64,000 bases of DNA from an uncultured Candidatus Saccharibacteria bacterium (GTDB lineage Bacteria; Patescibacteriota; Doudnabacteria; UBA920), in assembly GCA_964490395.1 (NCBI GenBank), contig CAZBAS010000001.1, forward strand, positions 83,815 through 147,814. The letters run 5' to 3'. Below the pieces are notes generated by a model. It searched no databases. It saw nothing but the letters and a program-made list of their open reading frames with translations, and was not told the DNA's origin. The first letter of the stretch is position 1. Each line of letters begins with the position of its first letter. Position numbers and translations under genes: made by a program. Below are positions 10,901 to 18,829 of this stretch, piece after piece.

Positions 10901-11925
10901 GTGGTGGTGCGTTCTCTGCTGAAGATATTACCCAAGGTTTGCCTCGTGTAGAAGAATTGTTTGAAGCGCGTAACCCAAAGGCGCAGGCTACCATGGCAGA
11001 AATAGACGGTCAGGTGTACATTACGAAGACCAACAGTAAAGAATATTTGGTTCGTATTCAGTCTGCCGATGTTGCAAAAGATACTTTTGCTTTGCCAGAC
11101 GGTGTGCACACAAGCATTCGTGATGGCGAAAAAGTAAACGATGGCGAAGTGCTGTATATGGATGCGAGCGGCGCTGCGGTAAAAGCAACCAACACCGGTA
11201 TTGCTCGCGTAGAAGCGGGTAAAATAGTTGTGGTGCACGAAAGTGACCAGCTTAAAGAGTATGTGCTTCCTGCTGCCTTTAGATTGAAAGTGCAGGATGG
11301 TGACTTAGTAGTACGCGGCCAGGCCCTAACCGAAGGTAGCTTGAACCCAGAACAGGTGTTACAGCTTCGCGGTACTGAAGCAGCGCAAGATTATATAGTT
11401 AAGGGAGCCCAGGAAGTGTATTCTTCTCAGGGTGCATCCATTAACGAGAAACACATTGAAATAATCGTGCGTCAGATGTTCTCCAAAGTTCGCATTACTG
11501 ACTCTGGTGATACCAACCTCTTAACTGGGGAAACAGTGGATTCATCCAGACTCCGCGAGATCAATACGCAAATTCGCGAACAAGGCCTCCGTCCTGCTAA
11601 GTTTGAGCAGCTCCTTATGGGTATTACTAAGACATCTTTGAATACCGATTCATGGCTTGCTGCAGCTTCGTTCCAAGAAACAACGCGTGTACTTATTTCC
11701 GCTGCGGTTACTGCGCAAACAGATTACCTCCGCGGTCTTAAAGAAAACGTTATCATTGGTAAACTCATTCCTGCTGGTACTGGTTTTAATAAAGATAAAG
11801 CCTTGCCAGAAGCAGATGAAATGTTCCAGCCAACTATGGATAGTTTCTCAGGCATGGAAATGGCAGAAAGTATTGCCTCCGCTCCTGCCCCTGTCTCAGA
11901 CTCTTCGTCTGACGATATGGAATAG
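7954..11925 (+). CDS. rpoC: DNA-directed RNA polymerase beta' subunit
   Basis: 1323 aa with a zinc-binding N-terminus ([23 protein letters not shown]), NADFDGD catalytic loop, bridge helix and trigger loop. Confidence 0.95.
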   Translation: MFTQTATEEFKGVRIKLASPETILSWSHGEVTKPETINYRTQRPEKEGLFDEKIFGPIKDWECYCGKYKRIRYKGIVCDKCGVEVTKASVRRERMGHIKLAVPVAHIWFLRGVPSRIGLMLDLGVQELEKVVYFAAYIITSVDDEARTNMMEQIEHEFKAKKKEIETRYQQLIEKGRAQMKADGKGTDVDVLAAKIDAEVTRLKDVWQKEVSSLESVRDQARSELKSIRRMQVISELQYRDLSLKYGPVFTAGIGAESLKGLLEEVNLETLASDLEASLKNLEGQAAKKALRRLKVAKSFIAAGLRPEWMLIGNLPVIPPDLRPMVQLDGGRFAASDLNDLYRRVINRNNRLKKLIEIKSPEVITRNEKRMLQEAVDALIDNSVRHGKEVTASTGQKRKLRSLADMLKGKQGRFRQNLLGKRVDYSGRSVIVVGPELKLHQCGLPKKMALELFKPFVIAKLIAREYAHNVRSANRLIEQGRTEVYDILEEVTKDHFVLLNRAPTLHRLGFQAFQPVLIEGKAIQLHPMVCAAFNADFDGDQMAVHVPLTEPAQREAREIMVSAHNLLKPASGDPVMTPDKDVVVGCYYITKLHPGAKGEGKVYSSLQEAVLAYNNNFVHIQAPVKVLMPDGSMLETSVGRLIFNKVIPAELGYRNETFDKKKLQALVREAYRLLGADRTAELIDAIKRTGFTYMKRSGVSWGMDDLRVPETKQAFLEAADKEVEAAYEQFREGLLTDEERAGRVIEIWAGVSEAVGKEVAKTVREHSSVDYIFSSGGRGSVSQLTQMAGMKGLVVNPSGAVIELPVRGGFKEGLQVLEYFISTHGSRKGMSDTALKTADAGYLTRRLVDVAQDIVINAEDCGTEEYSIIARTESVPTNRSYDKRLFGLIVAEDVVLNGEVLLKRNEPIDELMAKKIAEEYTDIVEVKCRSVLKCRLTRGICRLCYGFDLGFNRMVELGSAVGIVAAQSIGEPATQLTMRTFHSGGAFSAEDITQGLPRVEELFEARNPKAQATMAEIDGQVYITKTNSKEYLVRIQSADVAKDTFALPDGVHTSIRDGEKVNDGEVLYMDASGAAVKATNTGIARVEAGKIVVVHESDQLKEYVLPAAFRLKVQDGDLVVRGQALTEGSLNPEQVLQLRGTEAAQDYIVKGAQEVYSSQGASINEKHIEIIVRQMFSKVRITDSGDTNLLTGETVDSSRLREINTQIREQGLRPAKFEQLLMGITKTSLNTDSWLAAASFQETTRVLISAAVTAQTDYLRGLKENVIIGKLIPAGTGFNKDKALPEADEMFQPTMDSFSGMEMAESIASAPAPVSDSSSDDME

Positions 11926-11934
11926 TAGTTTCAA

Positions 11935-11962
11935 AAAGCCGCCCTGCAAGGGCGGCTTTTTA
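11935..11962 (+). terminator. Rho-independent terminator of rpoBC (aaagccgccc-tgcaa-gggcggcttttt)
   Basis: Perfect 10-bp GC-rich stem followed by a T-run, 10 nt after the rpoC stop codon. Confidence 0.8.
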
Positions 11963-12049
11963 AATGTCCAATTTCTAATTCCTAATGTCTAATTGAATAC
12001 TAATAATCCCGATCTCCTTCATTAGATATTAGAAATTGGTAATTAGACA

Positions 12050-13852
12050 TTACCTTGTGTCTATAATGTACAGTTCATTCATGGCGCGGGTAAGTGCAAC
12101 ATAGAGCAGGTCGCGGTTTACTTGCCGAATTTGCATGGCCAGGCTATCCTCGTATTCACTAAGGCTCGCGCTCATGAGAAGCTGTGTGTTACAGAGAATG
12201 ACTACGTCAAACTCCACGCCTTGGGCTTCGGATATGCTCAGCACTTTTACTTTCGGTGCTGTTTTGTATGGTTCTGCAAAGGCAGTGAGCGTTGGTGGGT
12301 GAGGAGAGAGTATTCCCACGGTCACATCTGGGTGTTCCGCAATAATTTTTGCTATGTATGCCTCTAGCTCGTCATGAGTGCTGTAGGTGCTTGTGACTAC
12401 GGGCTTTCCCTCGCGGCTGTGCTCTGGGACGGTAATAGAAAATCCTTGGCTTTGTATGTACTGCAATATTTGTTTAGTAGAGCGGTAGACTTTTTCTAGT
12501 CGTACAGTGTTTTCTTCTGAAAATTCTTGCCCTACTTGTTCCCAGCTCCGTATGGTAAATAGTTTCGTTTGCTGGGCCAAGTCGCCTACGTATACGCAGG
12601 AACCAGTGGGAGAAAGACAGCGGGTTGTGAGCTCTATCTGCTCAGGTAAATAGTTCTGGACCTCGTCGAGGATTATAAGCGAATACTGCTTTGGTACAGG
12701 CTTTTTGGTGCGTTTTACCTTGCCACCTTTTAGCTGCGTGTATTCGGTCTCGTACGTGGTAAGTCCACCATGAGTAGTAAGGTATGCTTGTAATAAAATA
12801 GTTACGTCGAAACGGTCCAGTACCTTTTTTGATTCTTGGTCTCGGAGTAGGTAACGGGAATCACCAGCACGGAAGTGCGCATATGCTGCTTTCAGTACAC
12901 TCCATGGGTCCACGGAGTAGGTTAGTGGGGTGTGGTTTTGGAGAGCAATATTTTTTTCGTATGCGTATGTATTTTGTTCGTATTCGGTAGCTCCAAAAAC
13001 CGCTTGATAGCTGTAGGCCTGGAGGCCGAGGTTTTGTAGGACAAAGTCAGCAAAGGTCGTTATGGTAACATTGGTAATCCCGAGCTCGGGCAAGAGTGCT
13101 GCAAAATATTTTTGAGTACCGTGGTCATTTACCAGTACGAGCGTGTGCTCTGCGGTGAATCGCTGTGCTGTGTCTGGGGACTGGAGTAGGTAGGCTACTC
13201 GGTGTAGGGCCAGGGTTGTTTTTCCCGATCCTGCAGGGCCGGCAATGAGAAGACTGCGAGAGGGTGGGGTGCGTATGGCTTTATCTTGCGCTGCTTCCAT
13301 TTGTTCCACTATTTCTGGTAGCGCAAACTCTGTTTTCCGTTTAGAAAAATGTTCTTGGTAGATAAGTTGGCGCGCGTAGCGTGTGCTTTCCGTAGCCATG
13401 AACACAATGTGACCATCTGTAATAAGATATTGCTCTTTTTCTTGCAGTATACCTTTTTGAGTTCCGTCAGGTGATGTGTACCCAAAAGTCCCTGGTTCTT
13501 GGAAGCGGAGCACGGCCGCGGGGCTGGTCCACGAGTAAATGTGCTCTTCTGCCAGTGCAAATTTTGAGAAATAAAAAATCCGACTACTTTCTTGGTTGTC
13601 GAACTGGACTGTGCATTTTATAAAATATGGTGATGGATAGAGTGCGTTTGCAACTTCTACCATTTGCTCATTCTTTTTTAAGAGGCTCTCTGCGGTATAC
13701 AGGTCTGGGGGAGCTAGTTTCTTAACCTTTTCCTTATATATACCCACGTTCTCTTGGGCTTTCTCAAGCTTTTGCTCTAGAATATTCCTAACATTTGCTA
13801 GGTGCTTCCGCGCGCCTTCTAGTAGCGCGTCTTTATTTAGTGTATAGCGCAT
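12050..13852 (-). CDS. UvrD/Rep-family ATP-dependent DNA helicase (HelD-like)
   Basis: Walker A (LLIAGPAGSGKTTLALHRVAYLL) and the C-terminal UvrD-like helicase motifs (VVILCNTQLL..LLYVALTRAMNELYII). Confidence 0.7.
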   Translation of the reverse strand: MRYTLNKDALLEGARKHLANVRNILEQKLEKAQENVGIYKEKVKKLAPPDLYTAESLLKKNEQMVEVANALYPSPYFIKCTVQFDNQESSRIFYFSKFALAEEHIYSWTSPAAVLRFQEPGTFGYTSPDGTQKGILQEKEQYLITDGHIVFMATESTRYARQLIYQEHFSKRKTEFALPEIVEQMEAAQDKAIRTPPSRSLLIAGPAGSGKTTLALHRVAYLLQSPDTAQRFTAEHTLVLVNDHGTQKYFAALLPELGITNVTITTFADFVLQNLGLQAYSYQAVFGATEYEQNTYAYEKNIALQNHTPLTYSVDPWSVLKAAYAHFRAGDSRYLLRDQESKKVLDRFDVTILLQAYLTTHGGLTTYETEYTQLKGGKVKRTKKPVPKQYSLIILDEVQNYLPEQIELTTRCLSPTGSCVYVGDLAQQTKLFTIRSWEQVGQEFSEENTVRLEKVYRSTKQILQYIQSQGFSITVPEHSREGKPVVTSTYSTHDELEAYIAKIIAEHPDVTVGILSPHPPTLTAFAEPYKTAPKVKVLSISEAQGVEFDVVILCNTQLLMSASLSEYEDSLAMQIRQVNRDLLYVALTRAMNELYIIDTR

Positions 13853-13943
13853 AACAGGGATTCTACTGACTTATCTATGTCTTGTCAAATTTCTTTATTG
13901 CCGCAGCCCCAAAGTACTATTCGCGCGAATAAGGGCACAAACA

Positions 13944-13970
13944 AAAAACGATCACTAGGATCGTTTTTTT
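13944..13970 (-). terminator. Terminator hairpin (aaaaaacgatc-actag-gatcgttttttt) after the P-type ATPase gene
   Basis: Palindrome flanked by A- and T-runs. It is adjacent to a partial TTATTCGCGCGAATAA palindrome at 13916..13935. Confidence 0.6.
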
Positions 13971-16600
13971 AAGAGCCAGCGTATGAGTTTGTAGAGCTCG
14001 TCGGCCGCAATTAAGGAGAGGCTAAACAAGAGTAAGGTTCCCCAGTCGTGAGCGGAGAGCGCGGTTGTTTTGAGTATCCGCTGAAACGGCTCAAAGTATA
14101 CCGCAAGAAGTTGTAGTCCTGCAACGGTGAGGGTGGCTAGTATAAGCCACGGGTTCCTCCATGGCTTGCTGGTAAATATGCTTCCCTCAGTTCTGCAGTT
14201 CCAGGCATTGAGCCATTGCACCACTGCGAGTAATGTAAGTGCAAGAGTCTGGCGGTATAGCAAATCTTGCGGGTGTGTAGTAAATACATATAAAGTTGCT
14301 GCTGCCATAACCACACCCATAACGGTCATGCGTGCGAGGTCATTGCCCGAGAGTAAAAATTTCCCTGGTTTCTTAAAAGCGCGATGCAGTAAGCCTGTTT
14401 CTTTGGGCTCTGCACCCAATGCTACCGTAAGGAATCCATCTGTAACAAAGTTAAGCCATATAATTTGCACTGCTATAACGGGGAGAGGGAGGCCAAGAAA
14501 AACCGAGGTGCTGACAGTGAGTAGTTCGCCAATGGAGGTGGAGAAAATGTATAGTAAAACTTTTTTTATGGTCAGGTAAATGGTCCGGCCTTCTTCTACG
14601 GCGGCGACTATGGTTGTGAAATTATCGTCGAGGAGGATGATGTCTGCAGCCTCCTTGGCTACTTCTGTCCCTTTTTTGCCCATAGCCATACCAATGTCTG
14701 CAGCGAGTAATGCTGGGGCGTCGTTTACTCCGTCCCCCGTCATGCCAGCTGTGAGATGCGCCTTACTATACCCCTCTATGAGGTGTAGTTTATCTTCTGG
14801 GGTAACTCGCGCAAAAACAGATGTGTTATGTAAGTGTTCGGCCAACTCCGCCTTGGACAGTTTATACAATTCACTGCTGGTGAGTACTTTGCTGCCTGGG
14901 GTGTATATGCCCGCTGACTCAGCAATAGCCTTTGCAGTTACTGCGTTGTCTCCGGTAAGCATGGTAATGCGGATTCCTGCAGCTTGTAGGGCAGCTACGG
15001 CTTCGGGTACAGCTGCTTGGAGCGGATCTATCATAAAAATAAGTCCGCCAAACACTAGCTTTGGTAGTGCTCCATCGGCGCTTGGTTTTACTTTGGTATT
15101 GTAGGCATAGGCCAACACGCGGAGACCTTTTTTACTCTGAGCACTTGCTTTAAGCAATATAGATTTTTTTTGGGGGGTATCGCAAAGCGCGAGTATACTT
15201 TCAGTAGCGCCCACAGCAGAGAGGAAATGGTTTTTTCCTACCTCATGAACAGTGGCATGAAACTTTCTTTTATAATCAAAAGGCAAGTCCTCTATAAGCG
15301 GGTGCTCGGCTACGAGTTCGTCGCGAACAAAGCCTAGTTTTTTTGCCGCTATTACCAATGCTGCGTCGGTAGGATCACCGGCAATGACAACGCTACCACT
15401 CTCGGCATCTTTTGTGATGCGCGCATTTCCGCAAAATGCAAACACACGTCCTGCCGTAAGTAGGTCTGGGTGTTCACTCGGGGTAATGGGGCTGTTGTTG
15501 TAGAGGGCTTCGCCGCTTTCTTCGTACCCCGCGCCGCTAAATGTATATGTTTGTGCGCCTATGGTTACTCCAACCACAGTCATTTCATTTTGTGTAAGCG
15601 TGCCGGTCTTATCTACAGCAATTACATCTACTTGCCCCAGGGCTTCTATTGCTTGTAGTTTTTTTACTAATGCATTTTGCTTGCCCATGCGCCAAACACC
15701 ACTTGCCAGTATAAGGGTTACTGCTATAGGCAGGCCTTCCGGGATGATTGATACCGCCAAAGAAACAACCGTTCCAAAAATTTCTCGCACTTCCATACCT
15801 CGCGCAAGTCCTGCGAGAAATAGGGCAATGCTACAAAATAACACTGCCACAATAAGTATGTTGGCAAGGTGGCGGATTTGCCGTTGCAAAGGGATTTCTC
15901 GCTGGATGTGCTGTATGCTGCCCGATATTTTTCCCATAACAGTGTGGATGCCTGTTGCAACTACCACTGCTTTTGTATTGCCCGACGTTATTAGCGTTCC
16001 GCAAAAAAGCATGTTGCTCTGAGCAGGGAGTGGTAAGGTGTGGCCTTTGTTTACTATTGTTTCCGCATGTTTTTCTACAGAAACAGATTCGCCAGTTATA
16101 GCGGACTCGTTTACCTTAAGCGAAGATTGCTCAAGTATTCTGCAGTCTGCAGGTACTTTTTCGCCTTCGCGAAGCACAACAACGTCTCCTGGGACAAGGT
16201 CTTTGTCCGGGACTATTATTTCTGTGTTGTCCCGGAGTACTGTTGCTTTTGTGGTGACGAGTTTTGAGAGGCTATTCAGGGTTTTTACAGCTCTGCCTTC
16301 TTGTACGCTCCCAATAATGGCATTGAGTAGTAGGACTATGGCGATGATGGCTCCATCTACATATTCTCCCATGCTTGCAACCATTGCTGCTGCGCCGAGT
16401 AAAAGATATATGAGCGGGCTTTTAAATTGTCGAACAAAAATTACCGCATACGATTCTGCTTTTTGTTTTGGAATTTCATTTGCGCCAAAATAGTCAATGC
16501 GCCTTTGTGCTTCATGTTCTGTGAGGCCCAATGCACTTGCTTCTAAATATGCAAGTACTGCCTCGCTCGTTTTTTCATACCATTGCATTTTTGTTTCCAT
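13955..16600 (-). CDS. Cation-transporting P-type ATPase (P2-type, Ca2+/Mg2+-like)
   Basis: DKTGTLT phosphorylation motif, TGDN and GDGVNDAPAL motifs, and ten predicted transmembrane segments, in 881 aa. Confidence 0.9.
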   Translation of the reverse strand: METKMQWYEKTSEAVLAYLEASALGLTEHEAQRRIDYFGANEIPKQKAESYAVIFVRQFKSPLIYLLLGAAAMVASMGEYVDGAIIAIVLLLNAIIGSVQEGRAVKTLNSLSKLVTTKATVLRDNTEIIVPDKDLVPGDVVVLREGEKVPADCRILEQSSLKVNESAITGESVSVEKHAETIVNKGHTLPLPAQSNMLFCGTLITSGNTKAVVVATGIHTVMGKISGSIQHIQREIPLQRQIRHLANILIVAVLFCSIALFLAGLARGMEVREIFGTVVSLAVSIIPEGLPIAVTLILASGVWRMGKQNALVKKLQAIEALGQVDVIAVDKTGTLTQNEMTVVGVTIGAQTYTFSGAGYEESGEALYNNSPITPSEHPDLLTAGRVFAFCGNARITKDAESGSVVIAGDPTDAALVIAAKKLGFVRDELVAEHPLIEDLPFDYKRKFHATVHEVGKNHFLSAVGATESILALCDTPQKKSILLKASAQSKKGLRVLAYAYNTKVKPSADGALPKLVFGGLIFMIDPLQAAVPEAVAALQAAGIRITMLTGDNAVTAKAIAESAGIYTPGSKVLTSSELYKLSKAELAEHLHNTSVFARVTPEDKLHLIEGYSKAHLTAGMTGDGVNDAPALLAADIGMAMGKKGTEVAKEAADIILLDDNFTTIVAAVEEGRTIYLTIKKVLLYIFSTSIGELLTVSTSVFLGLPLPVIAVQIIWLNFVTDGFLTVALGAEPKETGLLHRAFKKPGKFLLSGNDLARMTVMGVVMAAATLYVFTTHPQDLLYRQTLALTLLAVVQWLNAWNCRTEGSIFTSKPWRNPWLILATLTVAGLQLLAVYFEPFQRILKTTALSAHDWGTLLLFSLSLIAADELYKLIRWLLKKRS

Positions 16601-16632
16601 AGGTACAGCTCCTTTGTATATAGTTTAGCAAA

Positions 16633-16668
16633 TAAAAACCCACGCCCGAAACAGGGCGTGGGTTTTTA
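16633..16668. terminator. Bidirectional terminator (aacccacgccc-gaaaca-gggcgtgggtt, flanked by A- and T-runs)
   Basis: 11-bp GC-rich stem lying between two tandem minus-strand genes. Confidence 0.7.
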
Positions 16669-16677
16669 TGGTAGTAG

Positions 16678-17250
16678 TTACTTCAATGTTTCGGAAATAC
16701 TTTGCAGTACGGTGTCGGTAGTAGGGGATTGTACGGTTATTTCAAATTTTAAAATGGTTTTATTTGGTCTAAAGACAAAATAGGTAATGTTAGGAGTGTT
16801 GCTTGTCTTCTTTGGCACCGCCCCTCCGTAGGTTTGATATATGCCAATGGTAGCTTTTTTATAGTCCAGTTGGCCAGGCTGGGCGCCAAGTCCTGTGTCC
16901 ACTGCTTTGTAAAAATCGTCTACTGTTTTTGGTTGGCCAAATTTGGTCATGGCAGATATCTGTATGGTGCCATGACTGGCTAATTGCTGAGCATTTTGCG
17001 CTTTTCGGTGAACGGTAATGACCTCTTCCCCTTTGGTCTTGGTAGCAACAAAGTCTGGGGGGAGAGTTATGCTGTAACCATAGGTTTTGTTCTGAAACGG
17101 TGTCCAGTCCGCAGTTGGCTTGGGCGCCGGGAGTGGAGCCTTTTGTGTATTTTGGGATGTTTTTACCGGAGTAGTGTTGGTGGTGGCAGGTTTTTTGTTA
17201 CAACCCATGGCAATAAGCACTATTGCACAGAGTAAAACGTACTTTTTCAT
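16678..17250 (-). CDS. Lipoprotein, hypothetical
   Basis: Signal peptide plus lipobox (MKKYVLLCAIVLIAMGC), followed by a Thr/Pro-rich linker. Confidence 0.55.
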   Translation of the reverse strand: MKKYVLLCAIVLIAMGCNKKPATTNTTPVKTSQNTQKAPLPAPKPTADWTPFQNKTYGYSITLPPDFVATKTKGEEVITVHRKAQNAQQLASHGTIQISAMTKFGQPKTVDDFYKAVDTGLGAQPGQLDYKKATIGIYQTYGGAVPKKTSNTPNITYFVFRPNKTILKFEITVQSPTTDTVLQSISETLK

Positions 17251-17283
17251 TTGTGTGTCGAAATTATTTTTTCTTCATACTTA

Positions 17284-18024
17284 TTATACCTTATTTTCAG
17301 GGAGGCTGTCCCACAGGAGCTCAAAAATAGACTTAAATATATCAGTCATGGCTGGGATTTCGATGACTACTGCCAGCGAAGAGAGTTCGGGGCTCACTAT
17401 AAGAATCTTACTCGGGTAAATATCTATTGTGCTTTTAAAAGTATATTGAGGTGGTATGTATTTTACGGTTCTGAGGAGGCCACTGTCAGTAGGGTTGATA
17501 GATCGCGAATCTTCAGTGATAAGAACGCGTGTTCTGATTTGTGCTTTCGCGCGGTTTTTCCAGTAAGATTTGAAAAATTCGGGGTCTATACGTACCCATT
17601 CCAAAGTGCTTCCAACGGTATAGTAGCTTTTTCCTTTGAGGTCGAGCAGTATCTCATTATAAAAGTTTTGCAATTCCGCGACGCTTTCTATGAACCTTAG
17701 GCCAGGGGAAGTATGCATACTATTGTTACCAAGCTTGTTGAGTTCAGGGATAAGGGCTTCAAACGCGTGCAGCTGCTGTTGGTAGTGGTGAGCAAGCTTT
17801 GTCGGGCGTTGCGCCCGGTACTCACGGCGACGACTTTTAAAATTAACGCTTATAAAGCCTTTGGCTGCGAGAGACTTGAGAATTGGATATACCGTAGTCC
17901 GGTTTAATTTTGCAGACTTTGCAACAGCGCTTGCTGGGCCAGCTCCAGACTTTAGGCAGGCCATATACACAATTGCCTCTTGCTCGCTGCAACCCAAATT
18001 GACCAATGATGCAATCGAATCCAT
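17284..18024 (-). CDS. TrmB-family HTH transcriptional regulator
   Basis: N-terminal winged HTH (CSEQEAIVYMACLKSGAGPASAVAKSAKLNRTTVYPILKSLAAKGFI) paralogous to the genes at 1271 and 24873. Confidence 0.7.
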   Translation of the reverse strand: MDSIASLVNLGCSEQEAIVYMACLKSGAGPASAVAKSAKLNRTTVYPILKSLAAKGFISVNFKSRRREYRAQRPTKLAHHYQQQLHAFEALIPELNKLGNNSMHTSPGLRFIESVAELQNFYNEILLDLKGKSYYTVGSTLEWVRIDPEFFKSYWKNRAKAQIRTRVLITEDSRSINPTDSGLLRTVKYIPPQYTFKSTIDIYPSKILIVSPELSSLAVVIEIPAMTDIFKSIFELLWDSLPENKV

Positions 18025-18164
18025 ATGTAAATTATTATCAACACTATTGCCCTAAGTATATAATAGCCCTGTAAATGTAAGCAAATACTCATAAAGAGTG
18101 TCATTAAGTGTTTACAGATGTAGTATATTTCTCTTAACTGTGAATGTAATTAACGACAAAGTAT

Positions 18165-18779
18165 ATGGCCAACAATTTTGTCCCATTAATGTTAGGGGAG
18201 AGTAAGCAGCGGGTCCTAAGTACACTACCCCCCGAAAATTCACTTGACGCAAATAGCGCTCGTATGATTATACGAAGATACGCTGCCGTTTTTGAGGGGA
18301 ATTTCGTCTCGTGGATGTCTGCTGGTGTAATCTCTGCACGCTCGCCCTACGCTCGTTTTGCTGCTACTGAAAACATCTGGGTAGAATTACGCGATAACCA
18401 CCCGGGTATGCTAAAAACGTTTGCCGTTAGTTGTGGGGCACTACCGCACCCTGACGATGTAGTAACGGTATTAGTCGAAGTAGACGCAATCCGTAAATTA
18501 GTAGGAGAGCTATCGGGTATAAAGTGTATTGCACTAATGGCATTTCTGGAGAATACATCAGAAGTATTTATCCCGTATCTAGCATCGCTTGCTCATCGGC
18601 TTGGGAGTAGTAACTATGATTATACTAACGTTCATGGCAAAGCAGATGCTCTCCATGCTGAGCAGTTTCTAAAAGCGCTTGAGGAGGAATCTGTACAGTC
18701 ATACCCTAACCCCCAGGGGGATATAGAAGAAGTATTTTGCAAGGCCTTATTGCTCCTAAAGAGTATATTTGCTATTTAA
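18165..18779 (+). CDS. Putative iron-containing redox enzyme family protein (heme-oxygenase-like fold, PqqC/CADD-like); tentative
   Basis: Motifs YARFAATENIWVELRDNHPGML and LMAFLENTSEVFIP resemble that family. The gene is divergent from the TrmB regulator. Assigned from memory only. Confidence 0.35.
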   Translation: MANNFVPLMLGESKQRVLSTLPPENSLDANSARMIIRRYAAVFEGNFVSWMSAGVISARSPYARFAATENIWVELRDNHPGMLKTFAVSCGALPHPDDVVTVLVEVDAIRKLVGELSGIKCIALMAFLENTSEVFIPYLASLAHRLGSSNYDYTNVHGKADALHAEQFLKALEEESVQSYPNPQGDIEEVFCKALLLLKSIFAI

Positions 18780-18829
18780 GCAGGTATATATTTAAAAACA
18801 CCCTGTTAAAGGTGTTTCTAATAATTAGT

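Noticed and set aside
4416-11925. Inteins or large insertions in rpoB/rpoC.
   Set aside because: The lengths (1152 and 1323 aa) and uninterrupted conserved blocks are consistent with standard bacterial subunits.
14127-16493. Plus-strand ORFs (150-174 aa) opposite the P-type ATPase gene.
   Set aside because: Shadow ORFs of a highly conserved minus-strand gene.
17251-17700. 149-aa plus-strand ORF overlapping the TrmB gene 17284..18024.
   Set aside because: Antisense to a motif-supported regulator, with no RBS or motif.
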